Source: Deltaproteobacteria bacterium (GTDB taxonomy: Bacteria; Desulfobacterota; BSN033; UBA1163). Taken from it: 53,670 nucleotides of DNA. The notes under the pieces were generated by a model. It made no database searches, was not told the origin of the DNA, and worked only from the letters and a program-made list of their open reading frames with translations. The stretch is taken from positions 1,520 to 55,189 of the forward strand of contig JBBIRM010000005.1 in the NCBI GenBank assembly GCA_037441765.1, read 5' to 3'. Every line of letters begins with the position of its first letter. The stretch's first letter is position 1. Below are positions 35,658 to 43,824 of this stretch, piece after piece. The translations under genes were made by a program, and so were the position numbers.

Positions 35658-38183
35658 TCAAATGGCTACATTGTTTTGGGGGAATTTTGGATAGCGATCA
35701 ACATTGAATCCCAATCTCTCTGCAAGGGTAAAAAGATTGGGTGGGAAAGGCATCCTGGCTACTTCTCCAACCCAGCACTTATCCAGTTCCTCCATACACT
35801 CATCAAGCATCTCATTCATTCGGTTCTGTGCCTCTTCTTTGGAAAGTTCGAAACCCCATCTCTCCATCCAATCGAGAAAGGTTAGAATCTCCTTGACCTG
35901 TTGACTCTGTCTTTCCCAACCTGTGCCTTTTGTCTCCTGAAGAAGTCTCATCTTTTTATTCAAAATTTTATGGAAGATTTCATTTACCTTCTCCATATTT
36001 AATCGATAGCCGAATTCTCTGGCCTCCCTGATTATTCGATCAATCTCCCCCCTTTCCAATGTCCCATTCAAATCAACCTCTAAGGATTGGGCCTCATGCC
36101 AGAGTCTGTCGTTAAGCGTCATCTCTGCTGCCATGCGTATCTCAAGGGGAATTTCAAAACCCTCTTTGATCAAAGCCTCCACCATCTCCCTTGTCTTATT
36201 AAAAAGACCAGCGTAGAGCCTTCGATGTTCATCCAACTCACCCTCAATCAATTTCTGAAAGAGGGTCTGTCTTTCTTCTTTAAAGATATCGTGAACCGTA
36301 AGAATACAATTTCCAAGATAGGAGTTTAAAACCTGGACTGCTTCCTCTTCACTGCGGTTGATGGCATCGATAAATTTATCCTTCAGAAGATCAAAATGTA
36401 TTGGATCCTTCTGCTCCAGAACCCATGTTTGAAACAACCACTTCTTAAAAGGGATCACTCCAAAGAGAAAATTTTTTGATTCTAAAGTGATCTCGGATGA
36501 GACCTCGAGGCTTCCAAGGGCAAAAACTCTATTCCCTCTTTCAATCCTTTCAAATTCTGAACAATTGACTTGGAATGAATAGATTTTTTTTTCTGTTTCC
36601 TTTCCCATTATCAGAGAAGAAATGGCGAAGTGATTGACCACCTGATCAAATCCCATCCATTTGGGCTTGACCAGATGTTCGTAAACCTGCCTGCCATCTC
36701 CCATATCAGGAATGTTGCTTTTTGCCTCGGCGAGATGGTCGAGGAACCTCTCCTCGATCCTTCTCCCACTCACCTCCTCGGCCAACTGAATAGCCCTTCC
36801 TGCGTACCGAAGAACCTGAACCGTCTCAAGCCCTGAAAGATCAGCAAAAAACCACCCACAACTTGTAAACATTAACAACCCATGCCTTTCCATCTCGAGA
36901 AGTTTCAGCCCCTTGATTGTTACCTCCATGTTTTGGTTCGACACTCCATATCTTTCAAAAAATCTCTCTACATTTTCAGGAGTACGATCCAGGAGGACCC
37001 CAATATAACCATTCCTCGCCTCCCAAACATCGTTGAAAATCTTCCCTCCCTCCTCCTCAAAAATGGAATTGAGTTCCTCTCTCAAAAAATTGAGAGACTC
37101 TCTTAACGGTTTTCTCCACTTCTGATTCCAACCCTCCTTTCCGCCTGTGCTACATCCACAATCCTCCTTCCATCTTTCTACACCATGGGCACAGCTCCAG
37201 GAACTCCCCTCTCCTTTTGGCCCTTCATCAATCTCCACTTCGTAAGTGGGAGGAAATCTTTTTAGATAGGCACCATGATTGATCAGTTCAAGCCCCCTTG
37301 AGGAAAACCCTTCCTGCAAGGCATAGGCCAGTGCCATCTCTCCAAATTTTTTATGGTGCCCGTAGGTCTCACCATCAGTGGCGATGTGGATCAATTGAGG
37401 TCTTTTTTTTGAGGGGATGTAAACCTTTGCAAATCGGTCACAAAATAGATCTCCATTTCTTAAGAGGTCTCCAAAGGCCACCTCCCTCGAGATCGCCCCT
37501 TCATAAAAAAAGATATCTATAAATTGATCGAATACCTTTTTACCTGATGGGTCTTTTAAAAAACAACGGTAAGGCTGGGTAGGATCGATACGGCCCCGAG
37601 AAACATCTATCCACCTCTTTCCTTCAAATGGTCTAATCCTTGAGGCCTGCAATGGACTGAGTATGAGGTATCGCATTCCATGTTTGATCAAAACCCTTAA
37701 AGTAGGATGATCGACCGCTGTCTCAGGAAGCCACATCGCATCTGGTTTTCTATGGAAACGCTTCTCAAAATCTTCAATCCCCCAGAGGACCTCTGTCTCC
37801 TTATCCCTTTCATTAGCCAGAGGCATGATGATGTGGTTATAGACCTGAGCCATGGCATTCCCATAGCCCCACCTTTTTAAACTCTCCCTATCTGCCTCAA
37901 GGATTTTCCGATACACGGATGGAAATTGCTTCTCCAACCAGGAAAGGAGAGTTGGACCGAAATTAAAACTGATAAATGAATAGTTGTTTAAGAGGTCAAG
38001 GATCCTTCCCCTGTGATCGAGTATTCGGGCATGGGCGTTGGGCCGATAACATTCAACCGCGACCCGCTCATTCCAGTCATGAAAGGGAAAGGCACTCTCT
38101 TCAGTCTCAATAAATTCGAGCCAGGGATTCTCCCTCGGTGGTTGATAGAAATGGCCATGTATTGCCACATAGGCCTCTTTCAT
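35658..38183 (-). CDS. GH57-family glycoside hydrolase with a long C-terminal extension
   Basis: GH57 N-terminal signature HGHFYQPPRENPW, then ...WLPETA... and ...ATDGETYGHH... 841 aa, monocistronic by layout. Confidence 0.8.
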   Translation of the reverse strand: MKEAYVAIHGHFYQPPRENPWLEFIETEESAFPFHDWNERVAVECYRPNAHARILDHRGRILDLLNNYSFISFNFGPTLLSWLEKQFPSVYRKILEADRESLKRWGYGNAMAQVYNHIIMPLANERDKETEVLWGIEDFEKRFHRKPDAMWLPETAVDHPTLRVLIKHGMRYLILSPLQASRIRPFEGKRWIDVSRGRIDPTQPYRCFLKDPSGKKVFDQFIDIFFYEGAISREVAFGDLLRNGDLFCDRFAKVYIPSKKRPQLIHIATDGETYGHHKKFGEMALAYALQEGFSSRGLELINHGAYLKRFPPTYEVEIDEGPKGEGSSWSCAHGVERWKEDCGCSTGGKEGWNQKWRKPLRESLNFLREELNSIFEEEGGKIFNDVWEARNGYIGVLLDRTPENVERFFERYGVSNQNMEVTIKGLKLLEMERHGLLMFTSCGWFFADLSGLETVQVLRYAGRAIQLAEEVSGRRIEERFLDHLAEAKSNIPDMGDGRQVYEHLVKPKWMGFDQVVNHFAISSLIMGKETEKKIYSFQVNCSEFERIERGNRVFALGSLEVSSEITLESKNFLFGVIPFKKWLFQTWVLEQKDPIHFDLLKDKFIDAINRSEEEAVQVLNSYLGNCILTVHDIFKEERQTLFQKLIEGELDEHRRLYAGLFNKTREMVEALIKEGFEIPLEIRMAAEMTLNDRLWHEAQSLEVDLNGTLERGEIDRIIREAREFGYRLNMEKVNEIFHKILNKKMRLLQETKGTGWERQSQQVKEILTFLDWMERWGFELSKEEAQNRMNEMLDECMEELDKCWVGEVARMPFPPNLFTLAERLGFNVDRYPKFPQNNVAI

Positions 38184-38492
38184 TTTTTAAAACCCCTCTC
38201 TAAATTATCTTACACAATCATTTTAAATTCAAAGTAATTTTTCATGTAACACCTCACTCATCCGGGGAATCGGGTAGGGATGTAAAGGCATTCTATTAAC
38301 CGACCCACTATATAAGATTTTTGGAAATATTACTACCCGATTCATATAGTTCCCTCCTTCAGTGTGCCATTACTTTTTCATCCAAAGGGATGGGGGAGTC
38401 ACCGACCCCCCAAACGAACTGATCCAGGCCTTTCTTGAATCCCTTAAAATTACTAAAAAAGAGGTGTGACTAATTCCAGGAAGGTCAAAAAG

Positions 38493-39497
38493 TTATTTGG
38501 CTGATAACAACTCCTTAAATTTTGCAGTCAAAGCAGGCAGGACCTCTTTGTAATCCGCAACGATCCCAAAGTGTGCAATATTGAAGATATTGGCTTCGGG
38601 ATCTTTATTAATCGCAACGATATACTTTGATCCTAAACAGCCAACGATATGAGACATAGCACCAGAAAGAGCAACCGCGAAATAGAGCTTAGGACTTACA
38701 ACCTTTCCACTCTGTCCTATCTGGCGGGTGACTGGAATCCACCCCTCATCACAGGACCGTCTTGTAGCACCAACAGTCCCACCCAAAAGGCGAGCCAGCT
38801 CCCAGAGCATCTCAAAATTTTTAGCACTGCCAATACCATGCCCACCACTTACAACGACTTCCGCTTCTTCCAGTTTTACTCCCTCAACTTCTTCTCTGAT
38901 TCGCTCGATTACCCTGACTTTGATGGCTGAAGGATCAACCTTTTCCTCTACCGGGATGACCTGACCTTGTTTTGATTCATCACGCTCGGCAGGGGGAAAT
39001 ACCTTACTTCTCACAGTAGCCATTTGAGGCCGTGCAGTCTTGGAGATCACCCTGGCATAGGCATTCCCACCAAAGATGGGCCTTGTTGAGACTAAGAGCT
39101 TGGTCGTATGGTCGATAGACAACTCATTGACATCCATCGCAAGCCCTCCCCCTAAACGGCCATTTAGCCGTGGGGCTAAATCACAACCGATGTCTGTGTG
39201 ACCGATGAGTAATATAGAAGGTAAGACCTTCTGACAGAGATTAGCCACCAATTGGGTATATGCATCAGAATTATATTCGTCAAAGAGGGAATCCTCGGCT
39301 ATATAGACTTTATCTGCTCCATATGCGATTGCCTCTTTGGCCAGGCCTCCTGCCTTCCCTCCCATTAATAGAACACTCAGGTCCTCAGCCAATTCGTCGG
39401 CAAGTTTTTTTCCAATTCCAAGGAGTTCGCTTGTAATGGGTGCCAATTTCCCATCAGCAATCTCACCTAAAATTAAAACACCTTTATATTGCTCCAT
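38493..39497 (-). CDS. etfA: Electron transfer flavoprotein alpha subunit
   Basis: The C-terminal FAD-binding region PKLYFAVALSGAMSHIVG corresponds to the ETF-alpha signature; 334 aa. Confidence 0.9.
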   Translation of the reverse strand: MEQYKGVLILGEIADGKLAPITSELLGIGKKLADELAEDLSVLLMGGKAGGLAKEAIAYGADKVYIAEDSLFDEYNSDAYTQLVANLCQKVLPSILLIGHTDIGCDLAPRLNGRLGGGLAMDVNELSIDHTTKLLVSTRPIFGGNAYARVISKTARPQMATVRSKVFPPAERDESKQGQVIPVEEKVDPSAIKVRVIERIREEVEGVKLEEAEVVVSGGHGIGSAKNFEMLWELARLLGGTVGATRRSCDEGWIPVTRQIGQSGKVVSPKLYFAVALSGAMSHIVGCLGSKYIVAINKDPEANIFNIAHFGIVADYKEVLPALTAKFKELLSAK

Positions 39498-39528
39498 GAT
39501 ATATCCTCCATTTAATTAAAATCTAAGT

Positions 39529-40323
39529 TCATATCAACTTAATAAGCTTTAGGGCTAAGTTGGCAGCCGCATCAGCAGGCGTAGCACCCGTAATGAGTTC
39601 ACAATGGGTTTCTCGTTTGGGAATAAAGATCTCTGTGATTTCTGTATGGGCCTTGGTTTTGTCCAATTGGGTGGGATCTGCTCCAATATCCTTTGCCTTC
39701 CAGATTGGAATCTGTTTCCGACGGGCAAGCATCAGACCCATTCCGGCAGGAAGACGGGGAAGCCCAATTTCACTGCTTACCGTCATTAGAGCAGGCATGG
39801 GAACTTCCACCACTTCATAACCATCTTTAAGTATTCTCTTTACCTTAAACCTCTTATCCTCTAATTGAATATCAAAGGCAAAGGTCACCAGAGGAAGCCC
39901 GAGGATTTCTGCCAGAATGGAGCCAACCTGACCTGCCCCCCAATCTGCGGCCTGACGGCCACATAGAATAAGATCATAATTCCCAATCTTCTGAATGGCC
40001 TTCCCTAAGACATAAGCAGTACCAAAACTGTCTAAGTTTTCAAAAGGTTCATCCTGTAACACAAAACCCTCGTCTGCCCCCATTGATATAGCATGCCTGA
40101 CCACTTCGATAGCCTTTTCCGATCCTATGCTGATTACTGTAATCTTCCCTTTGTGCTTATCCTTGAGTCGGCAGGCAGCCTCCACGGCCCGTTCGTCATA
40201 GACACTGATCACGGGCGGTACACCAGGTGGAGGAATGACTTTTTTAGTCTCGGTATCAATCTTGAATTTAGCAGGTGGAATCTCTGGATCAGGAACCTGT
40301 TTAACACAAACAATAATATTCAT
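39529..40323 (-). CDS. etfB: Electron transfer flavoprotein beta subunit
   Basis: MNIIVCVKQVPD ... is a typical ETF-beta N-terminus; 264 aa. Confidence 0.9.
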   Translation of the reverse strand: MNIIVCVKQVPDPEIPPAKFKIDTETKKVIPPPGVPPVISVYDERAVEAACRLKDKHKGKITVISIGSEKAIEVVRHAISMGADEGFVLQDEPFENLDSFGTAYVLGKAIQKIGNYDLILCGRQAADWGAGQVGSILAEILGLPLVTFAFDIQLEDKRFKVKRILKDGYEVVEVPMPALMTVSSEIGLPRLPAGMGLMLARRKQIPIWKAKDIGADPTQLDKTKAHTEITEIFIPKRETHCELITGATPADAAANLALKLIKLI

Positions 40324-40373
40324 ATACCTTACCTCCTGAGAGGGCGATAAACATTGAACCCCTCATCGCCAAG

Positions 40374-42407
40374 TTATTCCTTTACCATTGCCTCTTCAAC
40401 GATTTCCACTAAATCTCTTGCCCTTAAAAAATCCTTCATCCCTTTATGTTCGATCCCATCTTCAAACATCTGTAAACAATATGGGCAAGCGGTCACTACT
40501 GTATCCGCCCCGGTTTTGATAGCGTCCTCAACTCTCATCTGGTTGATTTTTGTAGTACCCGGTTGTTCTTCGATCCACATTAGTCCACCCCCACCACCAC
40601 AGCAAAAGCTCTCTGATTTTGAACGCTCCATTTCCTCAAGATCTTTATTTATGATTGACTGCAATATCCATCGTGGCTCTTTAAATATTCCATTATAGCG
40701 GCCCAAATAGCAAGGATCATGATAAGTAAGTTTTGAGTTTAGCCCTTTAGAGATTCCCAACTTTTTATCCTTTATTAAATTTGCAATGAGTTGTGTATAA
40801 TGAACCACCTTAAATTCGCCTCCAAAGGCAGGGTATTCATTTTTAATAGTATGATAGCAGTGGGGACAGGTGGTGATAATCTCTTTTATTTCGTAACTTT
40901 TAAAAATCTCAATATTCTGTTCCGCCATAATTTGAAATTGAAACTCATTTCCTGCCCTCCGTGCAGGGTCCCCGCAACACGTCTCAGCATCACCTAATAC
41001 CCCGAAATCGATTCCAGCCCTTTTGAGGAGCCGTGTCATCGCTTGGCTCACCTTGACATTACGCTCGATAAGGGCTCCTGTACAACCTATCCAGAGGAGT
41101 GTCCCCACGCGATCTCCTTCGGACAATACCTTTAACTCTAAACCAGCAGTCCAGTCGCCCCTCAGTCTCAATGACTGGGCGCCAGCCCATGGATGTCCCC
41201 TCATTTGCATATTTCTTAACATCAATTGGGCACTTTCTGGCATCCTGCTTTGTGAAAGGACAAGATTTCTCCTAAGCTCAATGATCTTACGAATATGTTC
41301 TATATTGACTGGACAAAGTTCTTGACAGGCACCGCAGGTAGTGCAGGCCCAGATTTCTTCCTCCGTGACCACCTCCCCGATCATCGTTTTCATTTTTATT
41401 TCCGAAGAAGAATCCTGCTTGCCTCCGATCAATTCAGGACCAATCTCAAGTAAATGCTCTTTCAAATTGCGAATGACCTCTCTCGGCGATAGCGATTTCC
41501 CTGTAAGTTGAGCAGGACAATTGGCATGGCAACGGCCACACACTGCACAGGAATAAAGATCGAGCAAGTCTTTCCAGGTAAAATCTTGAATCCTCGATGC
41601 ACCAAAGGTCTCTGTTTCTTCAGGGGAAATAGGCTTGAGTACACCTTTGGGCCCCAAGGGTTTAAAAAATGCATTAACAGAGGAAGCAAGAATATGTAGG
41701 TGTTTTGAACGTGGAATATATACCATAAAGCCGAGGATGATGAGGTAATGGAGCCACCAAACACCCAGGTAACCTGATTCCGTGGCCTTTGCTGAAAAAC
41801 CGCTCTCTTTCAGAAACTTTGCAAGGGTTGCCCCCAAAGGTGGCCAAGAGGCCGAAACGTCACGGGACGCATAATCGAGGCCCTCACCCAAAACATGAAG
41901 GGCCATAAGGGAAAAGACAAGAATCAGAATAATGCCGGCCTCAAGCGATGGCTCCAGTCTTTGTGGTCTGATTATGTAACGCCTAATAGCCGCCACAATT
42001 AAGGTCAGGATGACTATCACTGCAGCAATATCTAATATAGAAAAGTATGCTGTCTCAAAGGGTGTGCGTTCTATCCATGAAGAGAGACCCAAACCCCCTG
42101 CAAGACCAATGAAAATTATGTAACTGATAAGAAACAGACTAAAGCACCAAAATAATAGAGCGTGCCCAATTCCTGCTCGATCCTTTCTTGTAACGGTTTT
42201 AAGGGTACACCACTGAGGAATAAGTTCGACCAGCATTGCTTTGATTCTTTGCCCGACATGGTCGAAACGGTTTTCCTTTTTCCCAAGACGTAGGAGGCGA
42301 AAAAGTAAATAGGCCCTCCGGAAAAATAAGGAGAAGGCAATGGCAAAAAGAATCCAGAAAATTATATAGCCCGATATTCCTCCATAAGTTATGCTAACAG
42401 GCGACAC
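40374..42407 (-). CDS. Membrane-bound Hdr-like Fe-S oxidoreductase: NarI/DsrM/HdrE-like TM domain + 2x[4Fe-4S] + two CCG domains (ETF:quinone oxidoreductase type of syntrophs)
   Basis: N-terminal segment of about 250 aa with 5-6 TM helices and conserved His residues. Also CAVCGRCHANCP, CTTCGACQELCP and two Cys-rich CCG-type regions (ETCCGDPA ... CPHCYH; SFCCGGGGG ... CPYC). 677 aa. Confidence 0.75.
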   Translation of the reverse strand: MSPVSITYGGISGYIIFWILFAIAFSLFFRRAYLLFRLLRLGKKENRFDHVGQRIKAMLVELIPQWCTLKTVTRKDRAGIGHALLFWCFSLFLISYIIFIGLAGGLGLSSWIERTPFETAYFSILDIAAVIVILTLIVAAIRRYIIRPQRLEPSLEAGIILILVFSLMALHVLGEGLDYASRDVSASWPPLGATLAKFLKESGFSAKATESGYLGVWWLHYLIILGFMVYIPRSKHLHILASSVNAFFKPLGPKGVLKPISPEETETFGASRIQDFTWKDLLDLYSCAVCGRCHANCPAQLTGKSLSPREVIRNLKEHLLEIGPELIGGKQDSSSEIKMKTMIGEVVTEEEIWACTTCGACQELCPVNIEHIRKIIELRRNLVLSQSRMPESAQLMLRNMQMRGHPWAGAQSLRLRGDWTAGLELKVLSEGDRVGTLLWIGCTGALIERNVKVSQAMTRLLKRAGIDFGVLGDAETCCGDPARRAGNEFQFQIMAEQNIEIFKSYEIKEIITTCPHCYHTIKNEYPAFGGEFKVVHYTQLIANLIKDKKLGISKGLNSKLTYHDPCYLGRYNGIFKEPRWILQSIINKDLEEMERSKSESFCCGGGGGLMWIEEQPGTTKINQMRVEDAIKTGADTVVTACPYCLQMFEDGIEHKGMKDFLRARDLVEIVEEAMVKE

Positions 42408-42437
42408 TATGACCTCCTGATGATTTGCCTTTGAACC

Positions 42438-42929
42438 CTAATCCAGATTCAGTTCTACTTTACACTGATTACACCTTATCGCACCGCGGAATACCTTGTG
42501 CCCGCATGAAGGACAGGTATAACGTGCCTCCTCATCTTGAATCCACTTTTCAGTGCCGAACTTACGCCAATAGGGAATCGCCCGTAAGATCACTTTTTTC
42601 CCGACAGTCATTGGAAAGTTTTCAATATATTGGCAAGGAAATTGATCGCATTGATGACATCCAATGTAACCTTTCTCCTTCGTACAATTCCTGATCTCAC
42701 ATTGTTGGCAATAGACAAAGGGGTCATCCGATAAACAACCCTTGCATTTTATGTTTTCTATGGAAAGTTTCTCAGCATTTGGAAGCACACCTTTCCCAGG
42801 AGTCCCTCCTTTATAAAGATTTAATAACTTTTCCTTAAGTTTGAGATTGTTATCACGATGGGCAATATAGATGGCACAGACCCCACAGTAAAGACCACAG
42901 GGAGAAATAAAATCACGATTGATCACCAT
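42438..42929 (-). CDS. DUF3795-like Cys-rich protein
   Basis: The N-terminus ISPCGLYCGVCAIY and many further Cys pairs (CKGC, CQQCEIRNC, CHQCDQFPC, CPSCGH, CNQC). Only 1 nt separates it from the bamF-like stop. Confidence 0.6.
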   Translation of the reverse strand: MVINRDFISPCGLYCGVCAIYIAHRDNNLKLKEKLLNLYKGGTPGKGVLPNAEKLSIENIKCKGCLSDDPFVYCQQCEIRNCTKEKGYIGCHQCDQFPCQYIENFPMTVGKKVILRAIPYWRKFGTEKWIQDEEARYTCPSCGHKVFRGAIRCNQCKVELNLD

Positions 42930-42930
42930 A

Positions 42931-43767
42931 TCAACTTTCTTTACCCTTTCTTATAAGGACCCTCTTCTCATCAGGGATAGGAGGCGGAGGGGTTTCTCCA
43001 ATGATCTTTCTCACGGCACTAAATCGAGGAGGACAAACTTCAAGACAGGTTCCACATTTGATACATTTCTCTTGGTCAATGACATGGATCAGGTTCTTCC
43101 CACTTAAAATCGCATCCACAGGACATCTTCGGGCACAGGCCATACAGGCCTGACACTTCTCAGGGTCGATATAGTAGTAGGGTAATTCCCGGAATAGGGT
43201 TTCGATCTCCTCTTTCATAAACAGATCATTCCACTTTTGTGGATCCCGAATCCGGTTGAACAGTTTCTGTTTTTTAACCATCTTGATGTAAGGAACCAGT
43301 TTCGTCACTTCATTGAGTTTGGTCTTTAATTGGTCAGGCTCCAACCCCTCTTTTAGTCCAAGAGGCCCTATCTCCCTAATCTTTTTAGTAAAATCGCTGA
43401 CTGTCTCTGCAAAACGGGACCCTTCGGCAGATGACATAAATTCAACCCTTAATCGATCCGGGTTTAGACCGATATATTCCATTATTTTTCTACATAAGAG
43501 GACCATATTTAGGGCATAGTAATTTCCCTGTGTCACATATTTACATTCATCTAAACGGCAACCCGCAATGTATACCCCATCCATTTGATTATAGAAAGAC
43601 CTAAGGACAAAGGCCAAATCTACCCTTCCTGTGCACATGACCCTGACCAGTTTGATTTCACTTGGATACTGTAGTCTGGAAACTCCAGCTAAATCAGCAG
43701 CCCCGTATCCTCACCAATTGCATACGAAGCCTAATATCTTAGGTTTCACTTTAAGTGCTCTTCCCAT
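42931..43767 (-). CDS. bamF: MvhD-like domain fused to a 2x[4Fe-4S] ferredoxin domain, selenocysteine-containing (BamF-like)
   Basis: Extending the track ORF upstream gives [52 protein letters not shown]. The TGA (43711-43713) aligns with the Cys of the MvhD CNWC motif. SD GAGGTG precedes ATG 43767. The C-terminal ferredoxin domain has CQACMACARRCP and CIKCGTCLEVCP. Confidence 0.8.
43672..43691 (-). promoter_or_regulatory. SECIS-like hairpin of the bamF-like gene
   Basis: The mRNA reads UAGCUGGA-GUU-UCCAG(A)CUA: 8 bp with a bulged A and a GUU loop, starting 19 nt after the UGA. Confidence 0.55.
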
Positions 43768-43824
43768 CGATATTTCACCTCTAAATGATCACATTCATCA
43801 TCAAAATAGGTAGACATAGGAGTA

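Noticed and set aside
38184-38492. A 309-nt intergenic region between etfA and the GH57 gene, considered for a riboswitch or sRNA. It contains a GGGGGAGTC-ACC-GACCCCCC hairpin.
   Set aside because: I recognised no known riboswitch consensus. The hairpin lacks a U-tract, and the region is adequately explained as the etfA 3' end plus the GH57 promoter and 5' UTR. A covariance-model scan (Rfam) would be needed to say more.
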